Shown in pieces: positions 14,812 through 25,258 of a stretch of 64,000 bases of DNA (the first letter of the stretch is position 1; the number at the start of each line of letters is the position of its first letter). A model generated the notes under the pieces. The model had not been told where the DNA came from and did not search any database. It worked only from the letters and a program-made list of their open reading frames with translations. A program made the translations under genes and the position numbers. This DNA comes from an uncultured Thermoanaerobaculia bacterium (GTDB lineage Bacteria > Acidobacteriota > Thermoanaerobaculia > Thermoanaerobaculales > Sulfomarinibacteraceae): the NCBI GenBank assembly GCA_964438135.1, contig CAYTJW010000001.1:14791-78790 (forward strand). Direction: 5' to 3'.

Positions 14812-15444
14812 ATGTCCGAAGAATACGCCATCGCCACAGACATCGACGTTGCGAACCTCGCCCTGATGATGGTGGGGGCCGACACGCTGATGGTCCTCAA
14901 CGACGCGAACAAGCGCAGCATCGCGTTGCGCCGGCTTCTGCCGATCTCGAAGCGGGAGATCCTTGAAGCCTTCCCGTGGTCCCCGTGTCTGCGCCGCGTG
15001 CAGATCTCCCCTTCCGCGACCCCTGTGCCGTTCGGCTGGGCCTACTCGTTCGCCATGCCTCCGCAGTGTGTGAAGCCATGGTTCGTCAACGGCGTGAGGC
15101 TCCCGAACAAGGATTATGCATACGAGGGCCGCAAGATCCTCGCCAATACCAACGCCATCAATCTGATCTACGTCGCTGAAATCCCGTACAGCGAAATGCC
15201 GCAGAGCCTTATCTCGGCCATCGCTGCGCGCCTCGCGATGAATGCGGCGATTACGATCGGCATTGGCGATAAGAAGCTACCGGCTGTCGAGGCGCTTTCC
15301 GTGTCCAAGCTCGAAGAAGCCTGCGATGCGGACAGGATCGGCGGCGAACTCGAGCGAGCGGCCGGCATAGACGACTACGCCTTTGCGCGGCTCGGGTGGT
15401 CTGAGCCGCTGATCTACCCGACGCAGTGGGCGGACGAGAGTTAG
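14812..15444 (+). CDS. Tail tubular protein A / adaptor-like, T7 gp11 position (210 aa)
   Basis: GGAGG RBS. N-terminal ...VANLALMMVGA...REILEAFPWS pattern seen in gp11-like proteins. Synteny. Confidence 0.55.
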   Translation: MSEEYAIATDIDVANLALMMVGADTLMVLNDANKRSIALRRLLPISKREILEAFPWSPCLRRVQISPSATPVPFGWAYSFAMPPQCVKPWFVNGVRLPNKDYAYEGRKILANTNAINLIYVAEIPYSEMPQSLISAIAARLAMNAAITIGIGDKKLPAVEALSVSKLEEACDADRIGGELERAAGIDDYAFARLGWSEPLIYPTQWADES

Positions 15445-15446
15445 CC

Positions 15447-18218
15447 ATGCCGTACAGAACTCCGTGGACGAACTTCACCGCTGGCGAGTTCACTCCGCTT
15501 CTCAACGGTCGCATGGACCTTGAGAAGTATTTCAACTCTGCGCGCCAGATCAAGAACTTCACAGTCAAGCCGTATGGCGGCGTGTCGAAAGACCCCGGCA
15601 CACGGTTCATCTATGAACTCCGCGACGAAACCCGCGTTCCAAGACTTGTGCGGTTCATGGTTTCCAGCCAGAGTCGGTACATCCTGTGCTTTGAGGGCGG
15701 GAGAATGGACGGCGCAACGGAGGTCGGAGGGTATCTCAGGTTTTTCGCAGACGACGGCATCATCACTTCGGCCGGCGTCCCATACGAAATCGAAACCGAC
15801 TACACCGAGGCTGACATCGCGTCCATTCGCGTCCGGCAGTACCGCGACGTGATGTTCGTTTACCACGTCGGGCACTACCCGAAGCGCATCGTGCGGAACG
15901 GCCACGCGGATTGGGAGATCAACTCCGTCCTGTTCGCGTTCGGCCCGCATGGTGAACCGAACCAGTTCGAGGACTCCTACATCGTGTTCTCTGGCCGTAG
16001 CGGTCAGGTCACGCTTTCGGCCCGCGACGACATCTTCGCAGCGGAGCAGATCGGAAGAAAGATGCGCATCCTGGACGGCGAAGTCGAGATCACAGCCGTT
16101 TCAGACGCCAAGACCGCAACGGCGATTGTCCGCGAGGAGATCAGCGACGGGCAATTCGAGAAGGCTTACGGCAAAGACTTCTTCTCCGAAGCGTCCATGA
16201 GCGCGACCTTCGCGAATGGGACTGACATTTTCACGGCAACGGCGCACGGTCTTGCCAACGGAGACAAGGTCAAGCTCATAGCCGTCGCCGCGCCTACCGG
16301 TTTTACGAGCGGGAACTACTACTATGTCGTCAACGTGACTACAGACACGTTCCAGCTTTCCGCTACATCCGGCGGGGCTCCGGTTACGGCGACGACTGAC
16401 GGCTCAGGGATTGAGATCTTCCCGCAGTGGCGTGTAAACTCCGGCACGCCATCGACGAACACGAGCGACTCCGTCGTTGGAACGGCAGCGTTCTCGGTGA
16501 GCAAAAAGTTCGACTTGAGGTACGAAGAAAAGTATCTCTGCGTCATGGACATCTCCGGCGACGTGAGTGCGTCCAACAAGGTCAACGTCAAGATCGTGAC
16601 CCAGGACTACAACACCGCGACCGGAGCGGTAATGACCGAGGCAGACTACACCGAAACGGTGACGAACATCGACTACATCGAGATCGGGGACGGCGTGATC
16701 GCGTTCAACCTGGACATGGGCGAGTATGTCCACGGCCAGATGGACTACGACGCAGACACGAACAGCTACCCCTCTGACCCTGACACGGTCGAGGCCACCA
16801 TCACCATCTCGTACAGCGGAGCCGCCGGCAAGACGCTTACGCTGTCGAGGATGGACTTCCGGCGTGTGAAGCCTGATCACCCCGTCGCCTCCTACGATTG
16901 GGCGTGGCGGGCTTTCGACGATCCTGCGAACGGCTATCCGAGGGCGGGTCATATCTTCGAGAAGCGCCACATCCTGTTCGGGAACTCGGAACACCCGAAC
17001 GGTATGTGGTTCAGCAACACGGACGACTTCTACAAGTTCGACGCATCGAACCCCGAAGACGATTCGAGCGCGATGTTCTTGCAGCTTGTCGGCGGATCGG
17101 AAGTCGAGGGGACCATGTGGGGCGCTTCGCGCAAGGATCTGTGGATAGGCACTGATTCTTCCGTATGGAGAATCATGTCCACTGAAACCGGCGGTTCGCT
17201 TGCCCCCACCAAGATCCGTGCGTTCCCCGAAGCGGCCTTCGGGTCCTCTGTCCTGGACGCGATCTATGTTGACACGGTGGTCCTCTACGCCGAGCGGTCG
17301 ATGAAGAACATCCGTGGCATGTCCTACGACCTGGAGAACGATTCGTACAGGTCGGACCAGTTGACTATCTACGCTGAGCATCTGTTCCGCGAAGAAGGCA
17401 TCGTGGTGATGTGCTGGCAGCAGCAGCCGTTCGGCCAGCTTTTTGTTCTGCGGTCTGACGGGACCGTGTGTGCGATGACGTATCTGAAAAACGAGAAGGT
17501 CGCAGCTTGGCATCGGCACGACTTCGGCGGGGCCATCACTGAGTCGATCGAGACACTCCCCGACGACGACGGGTTTGATCAGCTTTGGCTTTGCACGAAC
17601 AGAACCATCAACGGTGCGACCAGACGATTCGTCGAGATGCAGGAACGCGAGTACCGCGACGTGTCCGATTGGAGATACCTCGCTTGCGCGCTCAACTACA
17701 GCGGGACTCCGATCAGCACGATCACCGGCCTTGACCACTTGATCGGCGAGAAAATCGACATCTACGCCGACGGTGTTTGGATCAACAGCCAGACCGTGTC
17801 TGCGTCCGGGACTGCCCCGCTCGTCGATGCGTCCGGCTCCATCACTGCCAGCAAAATCATCGCCGGGTTGAAGGTCACGTCGGAACTCCAGACGCAGAAC
17901 ATCGAGCAGAAGCTCCCGTATGGCACGGTGCAGGGCATGAATCTCAGGATCACGAACGTCTTCGCAAGGCTGTACAATACCGGCGGCAACATGTGGTGCG
18001 TGACTTCGGATAGCTACAGCGACCCGTCGAAGTGGGAGCCGCTCGATTTCAGAAAGGGGCCGGACCCGATGGATGGTCCGCTTCCTCCGTACAGCGGTGA
18101 CTTCGAGGTCTATGTCCAATCGACGTACTCGCCAGAGTCGTCGCTCTACATGATCCACAGCGGCCCGACTGCCTGTAACGTCCTCGGGTTCGTCTATGAA
18201 TGGGAGGAGGGAAGCTGA
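15447..18218 (+). CDS. Tail tubular protein B / nozzle-like, T7 gp12 position (923 aa)
   Basis: N-terminal NFTAGEFTPLLNGRMDLEKY...GGVSKDPGTRF pattern. Size and synteny. Confidence 0.6.
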   Translation: MPYRTPWTNFTAGEFTPLLNGRMDLEKYFNSARQIKNFTVKPYGGVSKDPGTRFIYELRDETRVPRLVRFMVSSQSRYILCFEGGRMDGATEVGGYLRFFADDGIITSAGVPYEIETDYTEADIASIRVRQYRDVMFVYHVGHYPKRIVRNGHADWEINSVLFAFGPHGEPNQFEDSYIVFSGRSGQVTLSARDDIFAAEQIGRKMRILDGEVEITAVSDAKTATAIVREEISDGQFEKAYGKDFFSEASMSATFANGTDIFTATAHGLANGDKVKLIAVAAPTGFTSGNYYYVVNVTTDTFQLSATSGGAPVTATTDGSGIEIFPQWRVNSGTPSTNTSDSVVGTAAFSVSKKFDLRYEEKYLCVMDISGDVSASNKVNVKIVTQDYNTATGAVMTEADYTETVTNIDYIEIGDGVIAFNLDMGEYVHGQMDYDADTNSYPSDPDTVEATITISYSGAAGKTLTLSRMDFRRVKPDHPVASYDWAWRAFDDPANGYPRAGHIFEKRHILFGNSEHPNGMWFSNTDDFYKFDASNPEDDSSAMFLQLVGGSEVEGTMWGASRKDLWIGTDSSVWRIMSTETGGSLAPTKIRAFPEAAFGSSVLDAIYVDTVVLYAERSMKNIRGMSYDLENDSYRSDQLTIYAEHLFREEGIVVMCWQQQPFGQLFVLRSDGTVCAMTYLKNEKVAAWHRHDFGGAITESIETLPDDDGFDQLWLCTNRTINGATRRFVEMQEREYRDVSDWRYLACALNYSGTPISTITGLDHLIGEKIDIYADGVWINSQTVSASGTAPLVDASGSITASKIIAGLKVTSELQTQNIEQKLPYGTVQGMNLRITNVFARLYNTGGNMWCVTSDSYSDPSKWEPLDFRKGPDPMDGPLPPYSGDFEVYVQSTYSPESSLYMIHSGPTACNVLGFVYEWEEGS

Positions 18219-18826
18219 TGGGTGAAGGAACAGCGTTGCTGATTGCCGGTGGCGTTTCCGCCCTGGCTTCCATCGGCTCTGGCTATATGGCAAGCGCGGC
18301 TACGGCAGCGCAGGGCCGCAACTTGGCGAACCTGCAACGCGCTCAGGCGCAGCAGCAAGCGGCCATTCTCCGGTCGAATGCCGACAAGTCAATGCTCGAC
18401 AAGAGGGCGATGGAGGTCAAGGCTTCGATCGAGAAGCGGGAACTCCAGCGCAGGAACAAGATCGCGCAGGGTGAGCGTCTTGTGGCCGCAGCCGGCTCGG
18501 GATTCGAGATCAACGGGACCACCATCCAGGATGTCCTGGATCTCGAAAAGAGTCACGACGCGCTCGGCGAAGCGACGCTCGGGTGGGAGTGGAAGAACCG
18601 GATCTCGCGCAAGCTCGACGAAGCGAACGTCGCATTGTCCGACGCCAAGGTCACGGAGCAACTCGGAACCGCGACGGCCAACGCGACGCAGTCTTCGGCC
18701 TACGCCCAGGCTTCGGCGCAGTCCTGGGGCGGCATCTTCGGCGGGCTCTCCGACGCCGCAGGAGCCGGCGCGAAGGCTTACGCGAATTGGGACGCTGACG
18801 ACAAGAAGTTTTGGGGGCAACCATGA
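18218..18826 (+). CDS. Internal virion protein (202 aa) with an N-terminal hydrophobic segment
   Basis: TGATG coupling. Gly/Ala-rich TM-like start. Gln/Ala-rich coiled coil. Confidence 0.5.
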   Translation: MGEGTALLIAGGVSALASIGSGYMASAATAAQGRNLANLQRAQAQQQAAILRSNADKSMLDKRAMEVKASIEKRELQRRNKIAQGERLVAAAGSGFEINGTTIQDVLDLEKSHDALGEATLGWEWKNRISRKLDEANVALSDAKVTEQLGTATANATQSSAYAQASAQSWGGIFGGLSDAAGAGAKAYANWDADDKKFWGQP

Positions 18827-20079
18827 GCAAGAAGGGCGCGATCGATCTCTCTCAGGGCGCAAAGATGCTTGAGGGAGGGCGCGAGGATTTCAAGGACGCC
18901 AGCGTCATCCCGGCTGCGCAGGGGTTCACGAACCTCTTTCACGCTGTTTCCAACTACGACGCCGGCCGCGAGGCCGAGCGGCTTGGCGCTCGTGTGCGCG
19001 GCTCCATGCGCGAGATCCAGGCGGCAAGCTCCGAGTATTACGACAAGAAGAACGACCTCGAAGACTTTCGGATACGCGCCGGAATAGAGTCCGAGATCTC
19101 GCAGTTCTCATCGGAGATCAGGAATGAGATCAAGGCGTCGCAGGGCACGAATGCGGACGGGCTTCACGAGAAGATCTCAAAGAAGTGGAGCGAGTTCTCG
19201 ACGCGCTTCGACGAGCGCCTGACGCAGTTCAACGATCCGAAGGTCGCAGAAGCGGTGAAGCTCCGCATCGGCGAGTCTCAGATTCGCGACATCTCCGACG
19301 CCCTCGGCCAGCAGAACGAGGAGGGTGTGAAGGTCGCTGAGCAGGACTTCCGCGCCGCCCTGGACCGGGTCAAGCTGGCAGCGAAGAAAAACCCTTCGCT
19401 CGTGTTCGCGGAAGGCGGCGGGTCCGAGTTCATGTCGGCGCAGGAGCTTGGCGGCCTGCTTGTCCGAGCCGGGGCCAGCCCCGCACTGATCGCGGTGTCG
19501 CTCGACAAGGCCCGCCGCGAGGCGGCGTCTTCCGCGTTCGGCACCGAACTCGATCTTGCCCAGGCCGAAGGCTACAAGACCGGCTCCATGGACGCTGCGA
19601 ACTCCGTTGTCGAGCGGTATCGCGGGATGGTTGACGATGACGTGCTTGCAGCCGCGAAGAAGCAGAACGAGTACGCGAACAACGCGCTCAAGAAACAGCG
19701 CGACTTCGACAACCGGCTTGAAGGGAGCGACATGATCGCAGCCGGCGGTGCGACGTTTTCGCAGAACATATCCGAGATCAAACAGTTCCTCGGTGGCAAT
19801 CCGTATGAGGTCCAAAAAGGCTTGCGCGACCAAGCGCAGTTCAAGGCTTTGCAGGATCGCGTGTCAGCAGCCCGTGACGCTGCGCGGATGCGCTCGGAAG
19901 GATACAAAAAGAAGGGCATGGTCGATGCCGCTGATGCCTCGCTGAAAAAAGACGAGGAGGAGATTTCCTTCGTGAGCGCCCTCATGCTGCGCCTCGCTGC
20001 GCAGGGAATGTCCAAGCCTTCGCTGTCGCAGGATAAGAGCATTCTCGGTCCTGACTTTCTGATGGAGGAAGGCAAGTGA
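18823..20079 (+). CDS. Internal virion / ejection protein (418 aa)
   Basis: ATGA coupling. Helical, charged. Position between nozzle and fibre. Confidence 0.5.
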   Translation: MSKKGAIDLSQGAKMLEGGREDFKDASVIPAAQGFTNLFHAVSNYDAGREAERLGARVRGSMREIQAASSEYYDKKNDLEDFRIRAGIESEISQFSSEIRNEIKASQGTNADGLHEKISKKWSEFSTRFDERLTQFNDPKVAEAVKLRIGESQIRDISDALGQQNEEGVKVAEQDFRAALDRVKLAAKKNPSLVFAEGGGSEFMSAQELGGLLVRAGASPALIAVSLDKARREAASSAFGTELDLAQAEGYKTGSMDAANSVVERYRGMVDDDVLAAAKKQNEYANNALKKQRDFDNRLEGSDMIAAGGATFSQNISEIKQFLGGNPYEVQKGLRDQAQFKALQDRVSAARDAARMRSEGYKKKGMVDAADASLKKDEEEISFVSALMLRLAAQGMSKPSLSQDKSILGPDFLMEEGK

Positions 20080-21617
20080 ACGAAACAACGGATGCCATAG
20101 TCCAGATGCGCGTCGATGCCGTCATGCGGTCCATGGCGGCTCAGCGCGTCAAGGCGTTCCAGGATGACCCCGCCGGAGTCTTCGGTGACGAGGCCAGGGA
20201 GTCCGTCATCAACGACTTGTCCGGCGGCGACCCGGCTTCCGCCGATAAGATTCGTGTCGAGGTCCTCGGCGGAATGCACGGAGACATCGTCGCCCGCCGC
20301 AACATGGACTTGCAGCGCGAGTACGCCTCTGACCCGACGTACATGCCGAGGCTGTTCTCCAGATCGGAGCGGGCCAACATCGGCATGGCGCTCCAGGGCG
20401 GCGAAGACAAGATGCCGCTCGATCCGCGACGCGCCGCCGAGAACCTGAACACAGTCTTGCAGCGGTTCGGCGGCGACGGCGAACTGCGCAAACAGGCGCT
20501 CAGGGAACTCAAAGTACCGCCGGTCTTCGCCGGTCTTTCCGGCGCGCTCAACGGTGGGTACAACGACTTCCTTGGCACGTTCCTCGCGCTGAGGTCCGGC
20601 AACGACGGGACGCGCATTATCCAGGAGCGGTTCCACCTTGAGAAGAAAGACGACGCTGAGATCATGATCAGCGACAAGGCGCGTCAGCTTGAGAAGCATC
20701 CCGTCATCGGGAAGATGCTCGAACTGTCGGGCCAGGGCGACATCCACGCTGCCGGAGTGGCGAGGGACCTCGCGGCCTCGCTCCTGCTTCTGCCGAAGGA
20801 TCGCCGTGATGAAATCCTCGAAGCCGTCAGCGGACAGTACACGGCGTATCAGGACTCGCCGCAACTCTGGTCCGGGTCGAAGATCGACGTGGTCTTGAAG
20901 GCCGGGAGCCAGACGACCGAGGGGATGCTTGACGCTTTGCGTCCGTGGCAGAATTGGAGAAAGTTCGTCGCCAATGTTTCCGGCTTCCCGGTGAACGAGG
21001 AAGCCTATGGAGCGTTCGTGGCCGGCGTGAAGGCGTCGAAGCACGGTGTCTCCGCAGAGGATGCCGGCTGGCTCAAGACGATCGGCGTGAGCCAGATCGA
21101 AAAGGGGCCTGACGGCACGTTCGTGATGACGATGAACGGTGTGCGCCAGCCGCCCCTCTCGGACAAGGCTTTGCAAACGCTCTTGCAGGAGCGGGCCGGT
21201 ATCGAGATCGGGCGGAACGTGGCGAACACGCGGCTCGTGAGCGACGGAGAGATGTTCGCCCTGCAACGCCTGGACGGTGATCGCAGCTACATCGCAACCT
21301 TCTCGGATGGCGATCTGGCGAAGCACCTTGTCGAGCCCAAGACGCACGAGAAGACGGTCCCAAGCGCGGTCGCTTCCATGGCGCAGGAGTTCGCCGGGTA
21401 CATGAAGGGGCAGTTCGCGGATGTCCATCTGAACGAGGATTTCTTCGCCTCGCTCCCCGACAAGATCGAGCGCGAGATGCCGTGGCTTGCCTCGGCATAC
21501 GGCCAGTTGCGCGACTCGGCCGAGTATCTCCAGGAGTTGCAGCGTTGGTACTATGAGTTCGCAGCCGAGCGTCCCCTCGACATGCTGACCCGTGCGTTCA
21601 CGGTCAAGCCGGAGTAG
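20076..21617 (+). CDS. Internal virion / ejection protein (513 aa, GTG start)
   Basis: GTGA coupling. Position. Confidence 0.5.
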   Translation: MNETTDAIVQMRVDAVMRSMAAQRVKAFQDDPAGVFGDEARESVINDLSGGDPASADKIRVEVLGGMHGDIVARRNMDLQREYASDPTYMPRLFSRSERANIGMALQGGEDKMPLDPRRAAENLNTVLQRFGGDGELRKQALRELKVPPVFAGLSGALNGGYNDFLGTFLALRSGNDGTRIIQERFHLEKKDDAEIMISDKARQLEKHPVIGKMLELSGQGDIHAAGVARDLAASLLLLPKDRRDEILEAVSGQYTAYQDSPQLWSGSKIDVVLKAGSQTTEGMLDALRPWQNWRKFVANVSGFPVNEEAYGAFVAGVKASKHGVSAEDAGWLKTIGVSQIEKGPDGTFVMTMNGVRQPPLSDKALQTLLQERAGIEIGRNVANTRLVSDGEMFALQRLDGDRSYIATFSDGDLAKHLVEPKTHEKTVPSAVASMAQEFAGYMKGQFADVHLNEDFFASLPDKIEREMPWLASAYGQLRDSAEYLQELQRWYYEFAAERPLDMLTRAFTVKPE

Positions 21618-21619
21618 CC

Positions 21620-24600
21620 ATGCAGCCGTTGTTCAACGCATCAACGCCGGAAGAAAGCCTCGCCCACTTCTACAACAACGGTGGCGTCGGGGCACTCGAC
21701 TATTTCAAGCGCAACTTCTCCGCTGGCCTTGACTACGGGACTCCGCACGTCATCGAACGCGGGTTCCGCGAGGCGACCATCAAGGCCCATCTCGGGGCCG
21801 AGGCGGCATACGCTCCGCTTTCCGAGGCCGAGTGGAAACAGGGGCCGTACTTCCGGCAGGGCATGGTCTGGTCCCCTGACTTGAACAGGGCCTCGGCCCA
21901 GGTCAACGCGGAGATGCACGATGCGCGCAGGGTGCGCGACATCATGCTCGGTCAGTACACCGGACCGGGCCAGATCGCCCTGGCCATGTCGGGTCAGTTT
22001 GTCGCCGGGGCCATGGACCCCCTTAACTTCGTGCCCATCGTCGGAGAGATGGGGGCCTGGGTGCGCGGGGCCAAGACGGGGCTCGGCATGGCTGCGCGGG
22101 CCGGAGCCTTCGGCGCTGCCGAAAACGTCGCCCAGGCCGCGGTCATTGCCCCCGTGCTGAGCGACGTGATGCGCCGTGAGGGTGACGAGTACGGCATGGC
22201 CGAGGCAATGCAGGACTTCGCCGCCGCCGCCGCCCTCGGTGGCACGATCGGCGGCGTCCGTGGCGCGTTCCACTACCACCACGGGGTCAGGGCCGAGCAA
22301 GCGGCCAAGGCGACGCAGTCGCTCCTGGACGCCATGGCCCAACTCCACGAAAAGGACGTGTTCGACGTGGATCTTGGCGGCAATGCCGCCATGGCCCAGG
22401 CCGCAGACCTCTCCACCCGTGTCGGCCAGGAGATGTCCGCCGGAGTCGAGCGCGAGATGGTCGATGTGGCCGGCGGATCTCCCGAGGCGCAGGAGGCCGT
22501 CAGACGCATTCTAAGGGAGCCCGGCGACCCGAGTGTCGGGATCATCCCCGAAACGACGCGACAGACGGCACAGGGCCTCTTTGGCAGGGTCAAGAGCCTG
22601 TTTGGCGCTGGCGAGAAACAGGGGGACCGGATCACCCATGCCGACGCCATCGTGCGGAAAAACGTCGAGGAAGCCATGGGGCGCGTGGAAAAGCGGGCCG
22701 CTGACGTCGCCCTGTCCGACGTGTCCGGGCGCATCGACAAGGCCGAGGAAGGTCTGACCGGGCTGGCCCAGGCTGTTGCCCGCAAGGCGCAGGAGAGCCT
22801 GGACCGCCACGACGCCGTCATGTCCAGGCTGGCCGAGATCGAGGCCATGGTCAGCAAGGGGGACCGTCCCGCGAAGCAGGACTTCCGCGAGATCATGAGC
22901 GCCCTCAAGGATCTCCAGGGCCGGGTTGAAGAACTCGCCTCCGAAGCCCGGAGGGCCGGCCGCGCCGAGCCCATCATCCCCGAGGCCAAGGCCCCCGAGA
23001 TCCAGTCCGCCAGCGTGGCGCACCCCGTCGCGAAACAGGTCGTGGACGCCGTTGTCCCGGAAGAACTGCGGGAAGCGGCTCATGCGATCGTTGACGAAAA
23101 CCTCGGCCCCAAGGTCGTCGCCGCCGAGCCGACGGTCGATCCCACCATGAAGGCCGAGGCCGTCAAGCTGATGCAGTCCGAGCTTCTCGCGACGGAGAAA
23201 GCCGCGAAGGCGATGGGCAAGAGCGCAGTGGACACGATCGGCATCATCAAGCAGATCGCCATGGCCGTGCGCGACTCCGACACCCCGAAGGCGGCCGAGG
23301 CTTATTCTCTGGCGCAGGACGTTCTCGACCGGCTCCCCGAGGATGTCCGGCTCGTCAAGACGAAGGACGGGACCTGGGCGCTTGCCAGTGTGAAGGTCAA
23401 CAAGCAGGGCAACATGGTCTTCGACGTGCCGGGACGCAAGCCCGGGTCCTACGATGCCGTGACCGCGATGAACCCTGACCGCACCCGTGCGAGGCTTGCT
23501 GCCGATCTGCACCGTGGCGGGCTCACGAGAAACGGACTCGCCGCCATGCTCAAGTCTGCCATCTTCAACCGCGATGCCGCCTACTACGTCAAGGACTTCC
23601 AGGCGAAGGTCGGCAAGTACCAGGGGTACGTCCTGGCTGAACGCGAAGGCTCCGTGATGCTTGTTCACCGCGACCTTGTCGATGCGGCGAATGAGCGCGG
23701 ACTTGGCATTCTTCACACCTACGAGATGACCAAGGACGTGATCCGCGACCTCTATGGCCGTGGCCTTTTGCCGTCCGATCCGCTCAAGTTGTGGGACACA
23801 TGGAAGGATGTCAACGGCGAACTCGTGACCGGAGCGTGGCGCTCTGCCTGGGAGAAGTTCGCGTCGGACTTCTCATCCGCAAGCCGCAATGAGCTTCTCG
23901 GCGTCGTGCGGAAATTCGCCGGGAAGGATGCGGCCGATGCCGTTGACGCCGTCATCTCCGAGGCCAAAAAGTACGAGGCCGACGCGGACATCTCGCTTTC
24001 AGAAGACCGCATCGCCGGTGCCTACGCCGCCGTTCGCAAGGCCCACTCGAAGGTCATCTCCGACGTTGTCGCTGCGCACTCCGACGCCTGGGTCCCCGCC
24101 GAAGCGGCAAGGGCCTTCCTGGCTCACACGGAAATCGAGGAGCTTGGGTTCGCCGGCCGCCTCACCAAGACCGAACTCGAAAGCATGAAGGCGCTGGAAG
24201 CCGAGATGCAAGCTAACCCTGAGCTTGCGAAAAAAGTCTTCGCGATCAGGGATGCCGCGCTCAAGGAATACGAGGCCGCGTATGAGCATGTCCTCGCCAG
24301 TGATTCGGCCCGCGAGTTCAACGGGTCGCGTGACGTGATAGTCAACGCCGCGAGGACCGCGATGGAGCGCGACGTGATCCGTGCGCTCAACGCCGTGGCT
24401 GAGCGGAAACGGATCGAGATCATGGCTGGCCCCACGTCCGAAGGCGTTGCGATCTACAATGAGCGCGACCTCGACACGCTCTCATACCTCGGGCGCAGGG
24501 CCTTTGAGGAGAAGCGGATCGACGAGGGCAACATCAAGCGCGCCGACCGGCTCAAGAAGGAAGGGGACAGGGATCTTCTCGAACTCGCAGCCGGCAGGGC

Positions 24601-25258
24601 CAGCGAAGCGAGAAGGGACGATCTCGGGATGCTGGCCGCGTTCGACGAACAGAACACGTTTCGCGACTACGAGTTCATCGAAGGCGGCGGCGAAAGCCAC
24701 TTCTGGATCGACAAGGGCTACAAGCAGAACCACCTGTCCATGTTCGACGCCGAAACTCTTTCCAGGATCGCCGAGCATTGGGAGCGCGAGGAACTCCGCA
24801 TTCAGGAAAAACTCTCCGCTGCGACGGACAACGTCGAGAAGGGCCGTCTGGCTGCGATGCTGATCAAGGCGAGATCCGGGGTTGACGCTGTGTCCAGGGA
24901 AATGGCGCAGCGCGGGAAAACCTCTGCGCCTCGCGTCGGGATCGAGACTGTCAAGACGGAAAGCGGGCTGATGGTGAACAGGCTTGCGAATCGCGCCGAG
25001 GACTTCAACGCGGCCAAGTCCAAGGCGGAAGCTGCGGTGAAGAAAGCCGGCGCTCCTCACGCCGCTGAGCGGGCCGAGGTCGAGCGCGTCAAGGCGGTGC
25101 AGGAGTACCTGGACTACATGGAGCAGGGCATTGACCCGCTCTACGGGAAAGAGGATACTCCACCCATGGACTTCATGGCGCTGTCGCGGGCCAGGGCGTT
25201 CTTCGATGTTGCGCGGCAGGGTGGTGAGAACATTTCCAAAATCGGGGAGATCTGCTGA
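21620..25258 (+). CDS. Large internal virion / DNA-ejection protein, T7 gp16-sized (1212 aa)
   Basis: GGAG RBS. Long helical protein. No catalytic motif recognised. Confidence 0.55.
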   Translation: MQPLFNASTPEESLAHFYNNGGVGALDYFKRNFSAGLDYGTPHVIERGFREATIKAHLGAEAAYAPLSEAEWKQGPYFRQGMVWSPDLNRASAQVNAEMHDARRVRDIMLGQYTGPGQIALAMSGQFVAGAMDPLNFVPIVGEMGAWVRGAKTGLGMAARAGAFGAAENVAQAAVIAPVLSDVMRREGDEYGMAEAMQDFAAAAALGGTIGGVRGAFHYHHGVRAEQAAKATQSLLDAMAQLHEKDVFDVDLGGNAAMAQAADLSTRVGQEMSAGVEREMVDVAGGSPEAQEAVRRILREPGDPSVGIIPETTRQTAQGLFGRVKSLFGAGEKQGDRITHADAIVRKNVEEAMGRVEKRAADVALSDVSGRIDKAEEGLTGLAQAVARKAQESLDRHDAVMSRLAEIEAMVSKGDRPAKQDFREIMSALKDLQGRVEELASEARRAGRAEPIIPEAKAPEIQSASVAHPVAKQVVDAVVPEELREAAHAIVDENLGPKVVAAEPTVDPTMKAEAVKLMQSELLATEKAAKAMGKSAVDTIGIIKQIAMAVRDSDTPKAAEAYSLAQDVLDRLPEDVRLVKTKDGTWALASVKVNKQGNMVFDVPGRKPGSYDAVTAMNPDRTRARLAADLHRGGLTRNGLAAMLKSAIFNRDAAYYVKDFQAKVGKYQGYVLAEREGSVMLVHRDLVDAANERGLGILHTYEMTKDVIRDLYGRGLLPSDPLKLWDTWKDVNGELVTGAWRSAWEKFASDFSSASRNELLGVVRKFAGKDAADAVDAVISEAKKYEADADISLSEDRIAGAYAAVRKAHSKVISDVVAAHSDAWVPAEAARAFLAHTEIEELGFAGRLTKTELESMKALEAEMQANPELAKKVFAIRDAALKEYEAAYEHVLASDSAREFNGSRDVIVNAARTAMERDVIRALNAVAERKRIEIMAGPTSEGVAIYNERDLDTLSYLGRRAFEEKRIDEGNIKRADRLKKEGDRDLLELAAGRASEARRDDLGMLAAFDEQNTFRDYEFIEGGGESHFWIDKGYKQNHLSMFDAETLSRIAEHWEREELRIQEKLSAATDNVEKGRLAAMLIKARSGVDAVSREMAQRGKTSAPRVGIETVKTESGLMVNRLANRAEDFNAAKSKAEAAVKKAGAPHAAERAEVERVKAVQEYLDYMEQGIDPLYGKEDTPPMDFMALSRARAFFDVARQGGENISKIGEIC

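Larger units (their letters stand above)
1..20391. repeat. First copy of the 20,391-bp exact direct repeat (period 43,609 bp)
   Basis: Bases 1.. match 43610.. (checked at the junction). All ORF translations are duplicated at +43609. Confidence 0.95.

Noticed and set aside
16404-18293. 629-aa minus-strand ORF antisense to the nozzle gene; similar cases at 19572-21428, 10218-11270, 13076-14314, 12154-13212 and 22511-23716
   Set aside because: Same reasoning. These are antisense to well-supported late genes, with low-complexity Arg/Pro/Gly-rich translations and no start context.
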